This document shows positions 1 through 9,218 of a stretch of 64,000 nucleotides of DNA, in pieces. How positions within the stretch are numbered: position 1 is the stretch's first letter; each line of letters begins with the position of its first letter. This stretch comes from Promethearchaeota archaeon (GTDB taxonomy: Archaea; Asgardarchaeota; Hermodarchaeia; Hermodarchaeales; Hermodarchaeaceae): contig JBHLPH010000006.1 in the NCBI GenBank assembly GCA_048939625.1, positions 32,001 to 96,000 of the forward strand, read 5' to 3'. The translations under genes and the position numbers were made by a program. Below the pieces are notes generated by a model, which was given only the letters and a program-made list of their open reading frames with translations, was not told the DNA's origin and did no database searches.

Positions 1-140
1 TTCCTATCTTGTTAGAAATTCCCCATAGTCGTCGAATTGCAGAATTATTCGCTGAAGGTATCCCATTTGTCACTAAAATGATTGAATGGAAACCGAAACT
101 GGAAACTGCTTTCCAAACGATTCAGGAGGCTATCCGCTGA
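1..140 (+). CDS. C-terminal fragment of a MinD-like P-loop ATPase with ferredoxin insert (COG1149), first of a tandem pair; truncated by the window edge
   Basis: The frame from base 3 reads PILLEIPHSRRIAELFAEGIPF...IQEAIR*, resembling the C-terminus of the next gene (PILGELLYD). Its TGA (138-140) overlaps the next ATG (TGATG). Not in the ORF track. Confidence 0.7.
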   Translation, partial: PILLEIPHSRRIAELFAEGIPFVTKMIEWKPKLETAFQTIQEAIR

Positions 141-1012
141 TGAAAGAGCTTGTGATTGTAAGTGGAAAAGGCGGAACAGGAAAGACATCCATTGCTGCTT
201 CATTAGCCGCTTTAGCGCCGAATGCAATTTTGGCAGACTGTGATGTTGATGCCCCTAACCTGCATCTACTGCTTGCTCCTGAAATCAAATCTTCCGAAGA
301 ATTCATTGAGGCGAAAGTCGCCATAATTAATCCCGAATTATGTACCAGTTGTGGTGTTTGTGAAGCTGCATGCAAATTTGATGCAATAACACCTGATTAC
401 CAAGTTGACCCAATTATGTGTGAAGGGTGCGGAGTCTGTTACGTAAGCTGTCCAACCTCAGCAATTGAGATGCAAGAACGACTTTCAGGTTACATCTATT
501 CTTCCGAAACCAAGTATGGTCCTATGGCTCATGCCCTCTTGCTTGCAGGTGAAAGTAATTCAGGAAAACTAGTAACGCGTGTACGAGAACTCGCATCGAA
601 ATTAGCAACACAGCATGAGAAGGATCTTATCATAATTGATGGGCCACCAGGTATAGCTTGTGCAGCCATATCAGCAATTACTGGTGCTTCAGCGGGTCTC
701 ATTGTTACTGAACCCACAATGGCTGCTATTCATGATATGGAAAGAATCCTTGAACTTTTCGAACACTTTCGCATCCCTGTGAGTGTACTCATTAACAAAG
801 CCGATTTGAACCGACAAAAAACTTCTGAAATTCGGAACTATTGTCAGCAGAAAGGTACACCCATTTTAGGTGAATTGCTTTATGATACCATTATGTACAA
901 AGCCGTTGTTGCTGGACGTCCTATTGTTGAATTCGCACCAAGGAATCACCTCTCCAAGGCTTTAGAAAATATATGGAAAAACGTTGAGCAACAGCTCAAC
1001 GCCCATGATTAA
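140..1012 (+). CDS. MinD-like P-loop ATPase with inserted 2x[4Fe-4S] domain (COG1149)
   Basis: Deviant Walker A SGKGGTGKT, DCDVDAPN, CxxCxxCxxxC twice, DGPPG; GGAGG at 125-129 supports ATG 140. Confidence 0.9.
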   Translation: MKELVIVSGKGGTGKTSIAASLAALAPNAILADCDVDAPNLHLLLAPEIKSSEEFIEAKVAIINPELCTSCGVCEAACKFDAITPDYQVDPIMCEGCGVCYVSCPTSAIEMQERLSGYIYSSETKYGPMAHALLLAGESNSGKLVTRVRELASKLATQHEKDLIIIDGPPGIACAAISAITGASAGLIVTEPTMAAIHDMERILELFEHFRIPVSVLINKADLNRQKTSEIRNYCQQKGTPILGELLYDTIMYKAVVAGRPIVEFAPRNHLSKALENIWKNVEQQLNAHD

Positions 1013-1063
1013 AAAAATGGGGAACCGTCTTGATCTGATTCTGATGTAGTAGGGTGCCGAAGA

Positions 1064-1348
1064 CTATTTGCTAATTTTTGCTCCACAGCTAGGACAATAA
1101 TTAGCGTCGATTGGGAGGGGAGCGCTACATTTAGTACAGAAATTTATGTTGGATGCGAATTGGTTTGGGAAGGGAGGGGTTTGTTCAGAAGCGGATCCTT
1201 GATTTTGTTGTTGTGAGTATAGGTACCAGCAACTACCACGCCCATAGAGCCAACCGGGTCGTTGCCATGGAGGCAGATGTGAGAAAGGTCCATTACCTGG
1301 CCATTGGCCTTGATTGCGTCCACGTCCTCGATTTCCACGTTGCCACAT
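1064..1348 (-). CDS. Small Gly/Arg-rich protein (DUF5320-like N-terminus) with C-terminal zinc ribbon
   Basis: GRGRNQGQWPGNGPFSHLPPWQRPGWLYGRGSCW, then CTKC...NYCPSCG; GAGGTG upstream. Confidence 0.7.
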   Translation of the reverse strand: MWQRGNRGRGRNQGQWPGNGPFSHLPPWQRPGWLYGRGSCWYLYSQQQNQGSASEQTPPFPNQFASNINFCTKCSAPLPIDANYCPSCGAKISK

Positions 1349-1448
1349 TTAGGTTATCACCTCTTTTTGTGTTTATGCACACAAGTATTTTGTGTATATG
1401 CACAGAAATATATAAATGTATCCAACCAGCAATTGTTAATGAACAAAA

Positions 1449-1772
1449 ATGAGATATCGTCGTGGATGGGGCGGCCGCGGACGTCCGCCAAAACCAGTTA
1501 GTTTAGGCCAGGTACCTGCACAGACCTCTTTTATCCCAACCGAGATTAAAAACAGTAACCCCCTACACCTCTACGCATCAGAACTTGAAGCAATGCGCCT
1601 TGTAGACAAGGATAGCCTGGAGCAAAAGGATGCAGGAAAAAAAATGGGAGTGTCTCGAGGAACGGTATGGCGTCTTCTTCAAAGCGGTCGAAAGAAAGTC
1701 ATTACTGCACTAACAGAAAGCCGTCCTTTGATAATTGTTGTCAAGGACGATAAGCTTCCAGAAAAATATTGA
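1449..1772 (+). CDS. DUF134 (UPF0251) helix-turn-helix DNA-binding protein
   Basis: GRPPK...ELEAMRLVD...LEQKDAGKKMGVSRGTVWRLLQSGRKKV, the DUF134 pattern. Confidence 0.85.
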   Translation: MRYRRGWGGRGRPPKPVSLGQVPAQTSFIPTEIKNSNPLHLYASELEAMRLVDKDSLEQKDAGKKMGVSRGTVWRLLQSGRKKVITALTESRPLIIVVKDDKLPEKY

Positions 1773-1808
1773 AGATAGGTCCAAAGGATAAGAGAAGGAC
1801 TAACGGTC

Positions 1809-2804
1809 ATGGATTTGGTTTATGGCCCAGTAATGTCGTGGCGGTTCGGAAGGTCTTTAGGAATTGATCCTGTTCCGCCCCCTAAAAGATGTACCTTTAA
1901 CTGTATTTACTGTCAATTAGGACCCACGCAATTTCCTGTAAAATCTATATCGCGAGCCCAGCATGCATTCCCTCACACCGAGATGTTACGGAAGAATCTT
2001 GAGAATTATCTCCGTCAATTGTCTGTTGAGAGTTTAGATGTGGTGACGTTTTCGGGTTCTGGTGAGCCCACTCTTAACTTAGAATTAGGATCAATGGTGA
2101 AAATCGTACGTAAACAGGTTCCAGAGCTGCCTGTTGTATTATTAACAAATGGATCGGTATTAGGAAATCGAAGAGTACTAAGAAACCTTAGGGAATTTGA
2201 CATTGTCACAATTAAATTCGATGCTGGGAATGATGCAACCCACCGTGTAATTAACAGACCGCTGATTGCATTCCGTCATGCCCAACTGATTAAAGCCATT
2301 CATGAATTTCGAAAAATAAGTGATGTTACGATAGCTCTTGAAGTAATGCTACTGAAAACGGACTCCGGGTTTTCATCAATAAGTGGAGCAGCCCGTGAGT
2401 CTTTAGTGCAGGAATTAATTAAAGTTGCACCAGTTGTGGATTTGATTCAGCTTTACACGCCTTGGCGACCACCTAGTAATAAACATGTAAAGCCAATTGA
2501 AAAATCCGAATTAGTGGATTTTGCTTCTACACTTGAAGATACATACGAACCGGAACGAATTTGGATTTACGGTATTCATGATGCACGAAAAGAGAGTGCC
2601 ACTTGGAAGGCGCACCAATCCCTACAAACTGATTTGTTAACCATGCTTCAGCGTCGCCCATGTCGACTCAGGGATTTATCACAATCACTTGATATTCCAG
2701 CTCATTCCTTAATCTCAATGATTTCGCAACTTCGCCGAACACGCCAAATCATCACTAGAGAACAGACCAATGAAGTCTTTTATTATGCTCCGATTGAAAG
2801 TTAA
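1809..2804 (+). CDS. Radical SAM protein (COG0731-like) with probable C-terminal winged helix
   Basis: VYGPVxSWRFGRSLGID, CTFNCIYC, TFSGSGEPTL, LLTNGS, and C-terminal RRPC..DLSQSL. Confidence 0.88.
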   Translation: MDLVYGPVMSWRFGRSLGIDPVPPPKRCTFNCIYCQLGPTQFPVKSISRAQHAFPHTEMLRKNLENYLRQLSVESLDVVTFSGSGEPTLNLELGSMVKIVRKQVPELPVVLLTNGSVLGNRRVLRNLREFDIVTIKFDAGNDATHRVINRPLIAFRHAQLIKAIHEFRKISDVTIALEVMLLKTDSGFSSISGAARESLVQELIKVAPVVDLIQLYTPWRPPSNKHVKPIEKSELVDFASTLEDTYEPERIWIYGIHDARKESATWKAHQSLQTDLLTMLQRRPCRLRDLSQSLDIPAHSLISMISQLRRTRQIITREQTNEVFYYAPIES

Positions 2805-4063
2805 TCGTTAGGAAAGTATTTGTTTGGATCTTCATGGAATACTTTCTCAGCGGTTTTATTCGCACCAGGCGTATCTAGTTCTAAATCACGCTTTGTACCT
2901 TTGGATTCATGAAGAACTTCTTTGAAAACATCACTTTGGATTATCAGCCGCATGATTTCGCTACTTCCTGTCCAAATAGTGGCAAGACGGGCATCACGGA
3001 ATAACCTCTCGATGGGATAGACGTCGGTGTATCCAATTCCTCCTAGAATTTGCATAGACTCTGAAACAGATTGAAGACATGCCTCTGTGGCGAAGAGCTT
3101 GGCTTGAGAGACAGCTTTCCGACTGGGGTTACCTGCATCAGCAAGACGTGCAGCGCGGTAGATAAGACCACGCGCAGCATCCAAGGCTGTGGCACAATCA
3201 GCAATTTTGAAGCTGATTCCTTCAAATCGGCTAATAGTTTTGCCAAAGGCTTCGCGTCGTGCAGCATAGCGGATAGCAAGTTCTAACGCAGCCTGCCCTA
3301 ATCCGATCGCTCCTGCAGCGGAGGTAAGTCGTTCAGGCACCATCATGGCATTGAAAATGTCAGTGGCACCATCTAATTTTCCAATCAGGTTTGTTTTAGG
3401 CACTTTTACATCTTTTAGGACAATTCGGGCAGCTCCCATCCCTCGGCAGCCCATAAGGCTGTAGTGTTCATCGACTTCAACGCCCATATCTCGATCCACA
3501 AGGAAGGCACTCATTGACTTATGAGGAGGAGCCTTTGTGTTGGTCTTTGCATATATCAAGAAATAGTCCGCGCCAATGCCACCTGCTACGAATCGTTTCT
3601 CACCATTGATTACAAAATGATTACCTTGGGGGACTGCTGAGGTTATTGTGCCAAAGAAATCAGACCCACCTCGCGGTTCAGTAAGTCCTTCGGCACAAAT
3701 TTTTTCACCCCGAAGTGTTGGAGCGAGGTAGGTTTTCTTTTGAGCGGTTGAACCGAAGAGATTGATAGCCTCTCCCACGATACTTGGAAGAGAATAGGCA
3801 CAGCCTAAGGCGATTCCTAAAACGCCGATTTCCTCGATAGCCAGCATTTCGGAGACCCAATTGAGATTGCGTCCAGCGAATTGTTTTGGAAAACGCAAAC
3901 CGATGAGGTTGGCCTTAGTTGCCGCCTTAATGAAGTCGTATGGGTATTCTTGCTCATTTCCATCCATCCGAATAATTAGGCTGGGATCAACTTTATTTCG
4001 CACAAACTCCCGAACTTCATCTCGGATTTGTCGTTCACCGTCGGTGAGTAATATATCAAACAT
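2801..4063 (-). CDS. Acyl-CoA dehydrogenase
   Basis: LTEPRGGSD, INGEKRF, R-x-AFGKTI, QILGGIGY, ERLFRDAR; GAGGTG upstream of ATG 4063. Confidence 0.92.
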   Translation of the reverse strand: MFDILLTDGERQIRDEVREFVRNKVDPSLIIRMDGNEQEYPYDFIKAATKANLIGLRFPKQFAGRNLNWVSEMLAIEEIGVLGIALGCAYSLPSIVGEAINLFGSTAQKKTYLAPTLRGEKICAEGLTEPRGGSDFFGTITSAVPQGNHFVINGEKRFVAGGIGADYFLIYAKTNTKAPPHKSMSAFLVDRDMGVEVDEHYSLMGCRGMGAARIVLKDVKVPKTNLIGKLDGATDIFNAMMVPERLTSAAGAIGLGQAALELAIRYAARREAFGKTISRFEGISFKIADCATALDAARGLIYRAARLADAGNPSRKAVSQAKLFATEACLQSVSESMQILGGIGYTDVYPIERLFRDARLATIWTGSSEIMRLIIQSDVFKEVLHESKGTKRDLELDTPGANKTAEKVFHEDPNKYFPND

Positions 4064-4113
4064 GCTGACACCTCTTTTCAAGATTGTTCAGAGTATTTGT
4101 ATACCTTATAATG

Positions 4114-4449
4114 TTAGTCTAATAAAGCGCTTAAGGTGTTGGATTCGGATGCTGTTCGCATAATGATTATGGCATCCTCCGGACAGACCATTTCACAAGC
4201 AAGACATTCCAGACACGCAGTTTCTTCGACAGGATCAGCTTTGATTTCCCCGGATGCACTTTCGAATGGTTCAAAAACATCCTCTGGACATACCTTGATG
4301 CATTTCAAGCAGCCAGTGCAACTATCAAAATCAACGGCCACTCGAGTTCCATGAATCCCATGATGCGAAGTGCCAGATTGCCATACCCAATGGTTATGAT
4401 GGCGGTTCGTTTGTTTCCATTTTGATTGGAAGCTTGGGTCGATTGGCAT
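4114..4449 (-). CDS. Dicluster ferredoxin with zinc-ferredoxin-type N-terminal extension
   Basis: MPIDPSF...HHNHWVW...GIHGTRVAVDFDSC, CTGCLKCIKVCP, KADP, CLECLACEMVCP. Confidence 0.85.
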   Translation of the reverse strand: MPIDPSFQSKWKQTNRHHNHWVWQSGTSHHGIHGTRVAVDFDSCTGCLKCIKVCPEDVFEPFESASGEIKADPVEETACLECLACEMVCPEDAIIIMRTASESNTLSALLD

Positions 4450-4615
4450 TGGTATCACGATTTCGCACACATATTATTGACAGGTCGTCGGTTCTCTAAC
4501 CATCTGATAGTGCCCGTATATCTTAAGTACAGTGATGGTTCGAGATGGTGTCAAATGTGTTTGCAGAATTACTCTCTACACAGATGGGGTGTTCCAAATC
4601 TCACGGATAAAGGGA

Positions 4616-5116
4616 ATGCAAATAACTTCGCTTTCTAAGCACAATCTCGAGATAGCAGCACGAATCTATGCGCAGGGTCTATTAATGGAAGAACCGCCTG
4701 GCTCCTCCGAGTCCTTAGAGGAGTTGGTAGAGTTAATGCGACTCCATTTGCAAACAGCTTTGGATGTCAGAACGAATAGGCGTATTTGGCTTGCAATAGT
4801 CAAAGAACAAGTGAAAGGCCTCGTTGATTTCTATCATCGTCAAAGTGAACTCTTTATTCGATTTATCTGTGCAATTCCTCCTCGTAAGGGCGTTGGGACT
4901 TGGCTTCTACAAAAACTAGCCCAGTATGCAATAAATCATAGAATTGATATAGTGAACGCCACGGTAAGTTCTCGTGATTCCCGCGCTCAGCGTTTTTATT
5001 TTCAACACTTGAATTTTCAAAAGACTGGAAGTCGAATAGATGAGCTAGGATTAGAATTGTATCTGGCTGAGATTTCTTCTCAAACCTTGTTAGAGAACTG
5101 TATTCGACGGGAATGA
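4616..5116 (+). CDS. GNAT-family N-acetyltransferase
   Basis: RKGVGTWLL acetyl-CoA motif and AQRFYFQHLNF; ATG 4616 is more likely than 4532. Confidence 0.75.
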   Translation: MQITSLSKHNLEIAARIYAQGLLMEEPPGSSESLEELVELMRLHLQTALDVRTNRRIWLAIVKEQVKGLVDFYHRQSELFIRFICAIPPRKGVGTWLLQKLAQYAINHRIDIVNATVSSRDSRAQRFYFQHLNFQKTGSRIDELGLELYLAEISSQTLLENCIRRE

Positions 5117-5161
5117 AAAAAGAGAAAGAGGAACCTTCACGTCCAGGAGGGGACATGAAGG
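5116..5161 (-). terminator. Hairpin plus U-tract terminator of ssb copy 1
   Basis: Minus strand CCTTCATGTCC-loop-GGACGTGAAGG (11-bp stem with one U-G pair, 5134-5161), followed by TTCCTCTTTCTCTTTTTT. Confidence 0.65.
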
Positions 5162-5185
5162 CTATTATGGATAAATCGGGGAGAA

Positions 5186-5698
5186 TTAGTAGCGTCGTCC
5201 GCGGTCACCACGGTCACCACGGTCACCACGGTCACCACGGTCACCACGATCGCGTCGATCGCCACGTCGATATCCACCTCGACCACCGCCGTAGCTGCGG
5301 CGACGGTAACGTTGTTCGTGCTCAGCAGCGGACATATCGTTTTCAGCGTCAATTTCTTCTATACCGTCTTCGGCTTCGTTAATTTCTCCGTATCGACCTA
5401 TGTTAAGGCGGAGGTGTCCTTGAAACAGGCTGGTATAGCCTTTTTCCAGACGGTAGGTTTTGTCGACTTCGATTGCTTCAATATTGTCATCCCATAGACT
5501 CAATAAGACAACACCGGTGGAATCGCCAGCTGTAGCGTCAACAACTCGGTGGGTCTCACCATCTTTGCGGGAGGTGACTTCGCGTTCTTCGCCCTTCTCG
5601 ACGACTTTGAAGGTGATGTTCAAACTTTTCATATAGGGTCGCAGTTCTGCGACTGTAGCCTCAACGGGCTCTCGGTCGTAGCTCATTTTAGGTACCAC
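5186..5698 (-). CDS. ssb: Single-OB-fold single-stranded DNA-binding protein with acidic linker and RG/RGD-rich tail (copy 1)
   Basis: LRPYMKSLNITFKVVEKGEEREV...GDSTGVVLLSLWD...GYTSLFQGHLRLNIGRYG. Start at GTG 5698 or ATG 5686, by comparison with copy 2. Confidence 0.88.
   Translation of the reverse strand: MVPKMSYDREPVEATVAELRPYMKSLNITFKVVEKGEEREVTSRKDGETHRVVDATAGDSTGVVLLSLWDDNIEAIEVDKTYRLEKGYTSLFQGHLRLNIGRYGEINEAEDGIEEIDAENDMSAAEHEQRYRRRSYGGGRGGYRRGDRRDRGDRGDRGDRGDRGDRGRRY
5202..5246. repeat. 9-bp tandem repeat (CGGTCACCA)x5 encoding (RGD)5 in the SSB tail
   Basis: Five perfect units at 5202-5246 plus two degenerate units to 5264. Confidence 0.95.
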
Positions 5699-5973
5699 GT
5701 TGCTTCTATACTCAGGCTTCCAACCAAATCCTTCCTCAAGGTCTGCCGCAAAGATGAGGTAGCCACAAGAGAGAACGATTAAGAGTTTTAGACCTGCTTC
5801 TTTCTCCAAACCAAACCCAATATAAAAAGGCTACGGGCATCCGCCAGAGAGCCATTATCGTATTTTTTGTAACCTCGGAATAGATAAATAGCCTCTTAAT
5901 ACATCGAAAACAAAAAATGTAACTAACTCAAACAAATTTTCTCCTTTTCGAGGATTACTGGATGGTGAAATGA

Positions 5974-6186
5974 ATGGCAAAAATAAATCCGTTAATAGAT
6001 AATTGTAAACCGCGTAGTGTTCATCTTGAGAAGGAAAAACAGACAGAACTGAATAGCAGTCTTGACGAAATGCTTGAACCTTCTGCAAGGCATCGTGTGT
6101 CAAGTTTTCAGGAAGCTCTAAGAATGATTAAGCAATTTACCTACATTATCAAAGACTGTAACTACCTAATCGAACCTGAAAATTGA
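5974..6186 (+). CDS. Hypothetical small protein
   Basis: 70-aa ORF with GGTGA upstream, filling an otherwise empty gap; no recognised motif. Confidence 0.35.
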   Translation: MAKINPLIDNCKPRSVHLEKEKQTELNSSLDEMLEPSARHRVSSFQEALRMIKQFTYIIKDCNYLIEPEN

Positions 6187-6215
6187 GTAGTATTCGTGGG
6201 TTCTTAGAGGAGCTG

Positions 6216-6926
6216 ATGAAGTTGGATTCTGAATTGGATATTTCGGTTCTCAATCTTCTTAGTTATGGAATGTATGTTGTTGCGGCAAGAAAGGATAAGC
6301 GGGTGAACGGGCAGATTGTGAATACTGTATTTCAAATAACTGCATCTCCGCTTCAGGTAGCGTTGAGCATCAATAAGGAAAATTTGACTCATGAGCTCAT
6401 TGAGAAGAGTAGGATGTTATCGGTGTCGATTTTAGGTGAGGCAACTCCGATGACGTTTATTGGCCGGTTTGGGTTTCACTCTGGTCGTGAACTGGATAAG
6501 TTTCAAAATGTCGAATTTCTGGAAGGCATCGAAGACTGCCCCATCGTTGTCGATAATGCAATTGCCTACCTTGAAGTTAAGGTGATCGATCAAGTGGATG
6601 TTGGAACTCACACGCTCTTCATTGGAGAGGTAAAAGGTGCAAAGAAGCTGAAAGAGGGAAAACCTTTGACATATGCCTACTATCACGAGGTGAAGGGAGG
6701 AAAAACTTCCAAACGTGCAGCCACTTATCTTCCACCAACCTCCAAGTCCGAGGTTTTCTCACCTAATGAAGGAAAATACCGATGTGAGGTATGTGGCTGG
6801 ATCTACGATCCCGAGAAGGGAGACCCCGAACATGGAATTGCACCAGGTACAGCTTTTGCTGATATTCCTGAGGATTGGGCCTGTCCAGTGTGTGGAGCAT
6901 CAAAAAGCCAGTTTAAACCTATTTAG
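6216..6926 (+). CDS. Flavin reductase-rubredoxin fusion (high-molecular-weight rubredoxin)
   Basis: [42 protein letters not shown]; C-terminal [10 protein letters not shown]...WACPVCG. Confidence 0.92.
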   Translation: MKLDSELDISVLNLLSYGMYVVAARKDKRVNGQIVNTVFQITASPLQVALSINKENLTHELIEKSRMLSVSILGEATPMTFIGRFGFHSGRELDKFQNVEFLEGIEDCPIVVDNAIAYLEVKVIDQVDVGTHTLFIGEVKGAKKLKEGKPLTYAYYHEVKGGKTSKRAATYLPPTSKSEVFSPNEGKYRCEVCGWIYDPEKGDPEHGIAPGTAFADIPEDWACPVCGASKSQFKPI

Positions 6927-6994
6927 ACTGGGTGTTCTAAGAATAGCGTAATGAATAAGAGAAGAAAACAATTCTCATGCAGTGAGGTGTTTTA

Positions 6995-7450
6995 ATGGAT
7001 ATGCCTGAAGTTGGGCAAGTTGCCCCGAATTTTGTTGGAATTACTGATGATGAAAAGGAACTAGAACTTGCTAGTTTGAAAGGGAATATATTGATTTTAT
7101 TCTTTTATCCCCGCGCGTATACGCCTGGTTGTACAAAGGAGGCTTGTTCGTTTCGGGATAATATGATACGGTTGACTGGAATAGGTGCAAAAGTGGTTGG
7201 AGTAAGCACTGACAATGTGAAGAGGCAGGCGGGATTCAAGGCTAAACATGCACTATCGTATCCTCTGATTGCCGATGCAGACAAGAAGATAGTTGACCTC
7301 TATGGCGTGAAAACCAGGGGAACCGGCACGGCAAAGCGTGTGACCTTTCTTATTGATCGAGATGGCATCATCCGGTTTGTCTGGCCCAAGGTAAGTGTCA
7401 CTGGGCATGTTGATGAAATCCTCGCAAAAATTGAAGAGCTGAACCTATAA
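6995..7450 (+). CDS. bcp: Peroxiredoxin, BCP/PrxQ family
   Basis: FFYPRAYTPGCTKEACSFRD, GVSTD, RVTFLID; GAGGTG RBS. Confidence 0.93.
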   Translation: MDMPEVGQVAPNFVGITDDEKELELASLKGNILILFFYPRAYTPGCTKEACSFRDNMIRLTGIGAKVVGVSTDNVKRQAGFKAKHALSYPLIADADKKIVDLYGVKTRGTGTAKRVTFLIDRDGIIRFVWPKVSVTGHVDEILAKIEELNL

Positions 7451-7507
7451 TTGTAACTTACCGAACGAGTTACAGAGTCAATTATCAGAAGCAGGGTTAG
7501 TTAGGGT

Positions 7508-7768
7508 TTATTGGGCTTCAGCTTTTGGAGTGACTCTGAGTGCTCCCGTGGGACAAGCTTCGATGCACGCGTTACACCCGTTGCAAAACATTTGCATTGC
7601 CGGTGAAATTACGTATTGCGTAGGGGCAACACCTTCTTGCCGGCTTGGAGCATATAAGGCAAATACTGCTTGAGGGCAGACTTTAAGGCACCGAGCACAG
7701 TCAAAGGCATTTTGACACTTATCGTTACTCCATTCAACTTTGTAATAATTTTGCATCGTTACCACCAA
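7508..7768 (-). CDS. Small 2x[4Fe-4S] ferredoxin
   Basis: CQNAFDCARCLKVCP and CNGCNACIEACP; overlaps the upstream gene; true start may be ATG 7756. Confidence 0.8.
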   Translation of the reverse strand: MVVTMQNYYKVEWSNDKCQNAFDCARCLKVCPQAVFALYAPSRQEGVAPTQYVISPAMQMFCNGCNACIEACPTGALRVTPKAEAQ

Positions 7769-8622
7769 TCTTTTAGGGCAGGGAGGGATTCCCGCGGGAT
7801 TAATTCAATTGCGTTCTCTGGACACGTTTCTTTACAAAGCCCACAGCCATAACACTTCCACATGTCGATGTTAGCACGTTCCGTGGCATTTGAGAAAGTC
7901 ACAGCCCCAAATTGGCAGCGAGAAAGACATTCCCGACAGCCTACGCATTTATCTACGTCAACTTTTGCAACCCAATGACTTTTGATGATATACTTGAAGC
8001 CCATATCAACACGGGGTCGGAGTGCGATACAATAGGGAAGTTCGCAGTTACAAACCGCCATAGCCATGGGTAAAGGCGTTCCAGCAAGGGTATGGACACG
8101 TCCCTCTTGGTTAAACCGTCTAGTTAACGCGATAGCTTCCTCGACACTGATGCGTTCTACTTTTTCGTCATTCGAGGGAAACATCTCCGCGGTTTCGCCA
8201 TGTAGTCCGAGGGGAATACAGCACCGATCATTAGCGCCATTTATCATTTTCCTACAGAGGCACTCAACAAGATAAGGTTCCCCAGAAAGTTTGATAACTC
8301 CTTCGATTTCTTCGCGTGTTAGGACTTGGGCACCATGCCCTTGAGGGAAAGTGAATGTGACGCCTTTTTCAAGAGGATGGATTTGAAAAATCATATCATC
8401 CATCATTTTTCGAATGGAGTCAGCCATTGCTGGATTGGCCATGGCGTCGCCTGCTTGTGCAGCGAGTTGGGCATATTGTTGGTGAACATAATGCCAGTGG
8501 TCTTTCTCCCATGGTTCAAAGCCCATTTCCTTGGCATACTTTACTTCAACATGACGTTTAACTTCAAACCATTTTTTGCCAGCACCATGGGCTGTACAAA
8601 TCTTACACATAATTGCCACCAA
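7759..8622 (-). CDS. Cys-rich 4Fe-4S binding protein of unknown function
   Basis: N-terminal MCKICTAHGAGKKW, CLCR, CNCELPYC, C-terminal CVGCRECLSRC and CYGCGLCKETCP. Confidence 0.85.
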   Translation of the reverse strand: MVAIMCKICTAHGAGKKWFEVKRHVEVKYAKEMGFEPWEKDHWHYVHQQYAQLAAQAGDAMANPAMADSIRKMMDDMIFQIHPLEKGVTFTFPQGHGAQVLTREEIEGVIKLSGEPYLVECLCRKMINGANDRCCIPLGLHGETAEMFPSNDEKVERISVEEAIALTRRFNQEGRVHTLAGTPLPMAMAVCNCELPYCIALRPRVDMGFKYIIKSHWVAKVDVDKCVGCRECLSRCQFGAVTFSNATERANIDMWKCYGCGLCKETCPENAIELIPRESLPALKDWW

Positions 8623-8761
8623 GAATTTAGAATCGAGTTTCCCTGAGCATTATTGGTTTTTCTTTGTTCCGAACATTAGAAGAACTAAGGCAAACTCAAA
8701 ATGTCAGGAAAAGCAGCTTCATCTCAGCGATATTTTAGCAAGCATTAGCCTTCAGAAAAGA

Positions 8762-9199
8762 TTAGCTTACAGTTTGGATTTTTCTCTGATTTTGTAAATG
8801 GTCTTCAGCAAGATGATTGAATGTTTCAGGAACTGCTTCTAAAAAGCCCAGTTTATCACTAGAAGAATGGAAAAAGTCCGTTATTTGTTGTTCCATGGTT
8901 AATGCTAGTTGGATTAATTGTGCGTCGGGGCAACCAGGAGGACATTCTGTATGTGGGCGATAGCGCTCACTGCTGATTCCTGTGACTTGAGCTTTCTTTT
9001 GCTCTAAAGGTAATTGTCGACGGATTTGCATGAGGGTTTGTATGCGACTTTGTCCTAGCATGATTAATGCTTCAAAGAGGCTTTTCAAATTTTGATTTTG
9101 TGTGATCGTAATTGCGGTTTCATAGAATGCAGCTGCAGAAGCTTCTAATTCAATGGCGAAACTCAGAAGAATATCGATAGTGTCAAGTGACATAGTCAT
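8762..9199 (-). CDS. Ferritin-like/rubrerythrin-family protein
   Basis: ILLSFAIELEASAAAFY, duplicated helix pair (ALTMEQQITDFF...LAEDH). Confidence 0.65.
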   Translation of the reverse strand: MTMSLDTIDILLSFAIELEASAAAFYETAITITQNQNLKSLFEALIMLGQSRIQTLMQIRRQLPLEQKKAQVTGISSERYRPHTECPPGCPDAQLIQLALTMEQQITDFFHSSSDKLGFLEAVPETFNHLAEDHLQNQRKIQTVS

Positions 9200-9218
9200 C
9201 CCTCTAATAACAAGATGT

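Noticed and set aside
5202-5264. Tandem repeat as a CRISPR array, or RGD as an integrin-binding motif
   Set aside because: There are no spacers, and the repeat lies in the tail of a cytoplasmic protein.
5113-5382. ORFs with (HHG)n or (VVT)n repeats, resembling a His-rich metal-binding peptide
   Set aside because: They are alternative-frame shadows of the 9-bp repeat in the SSB tail.
5699-5809. N-terminal hydrophobic extension on SSB copy 1 (207-aa ORF)
   Set aside because: Similarity to copy 2 begins at GTG-GTA-CC; the extension lies in the probable 5' leader.
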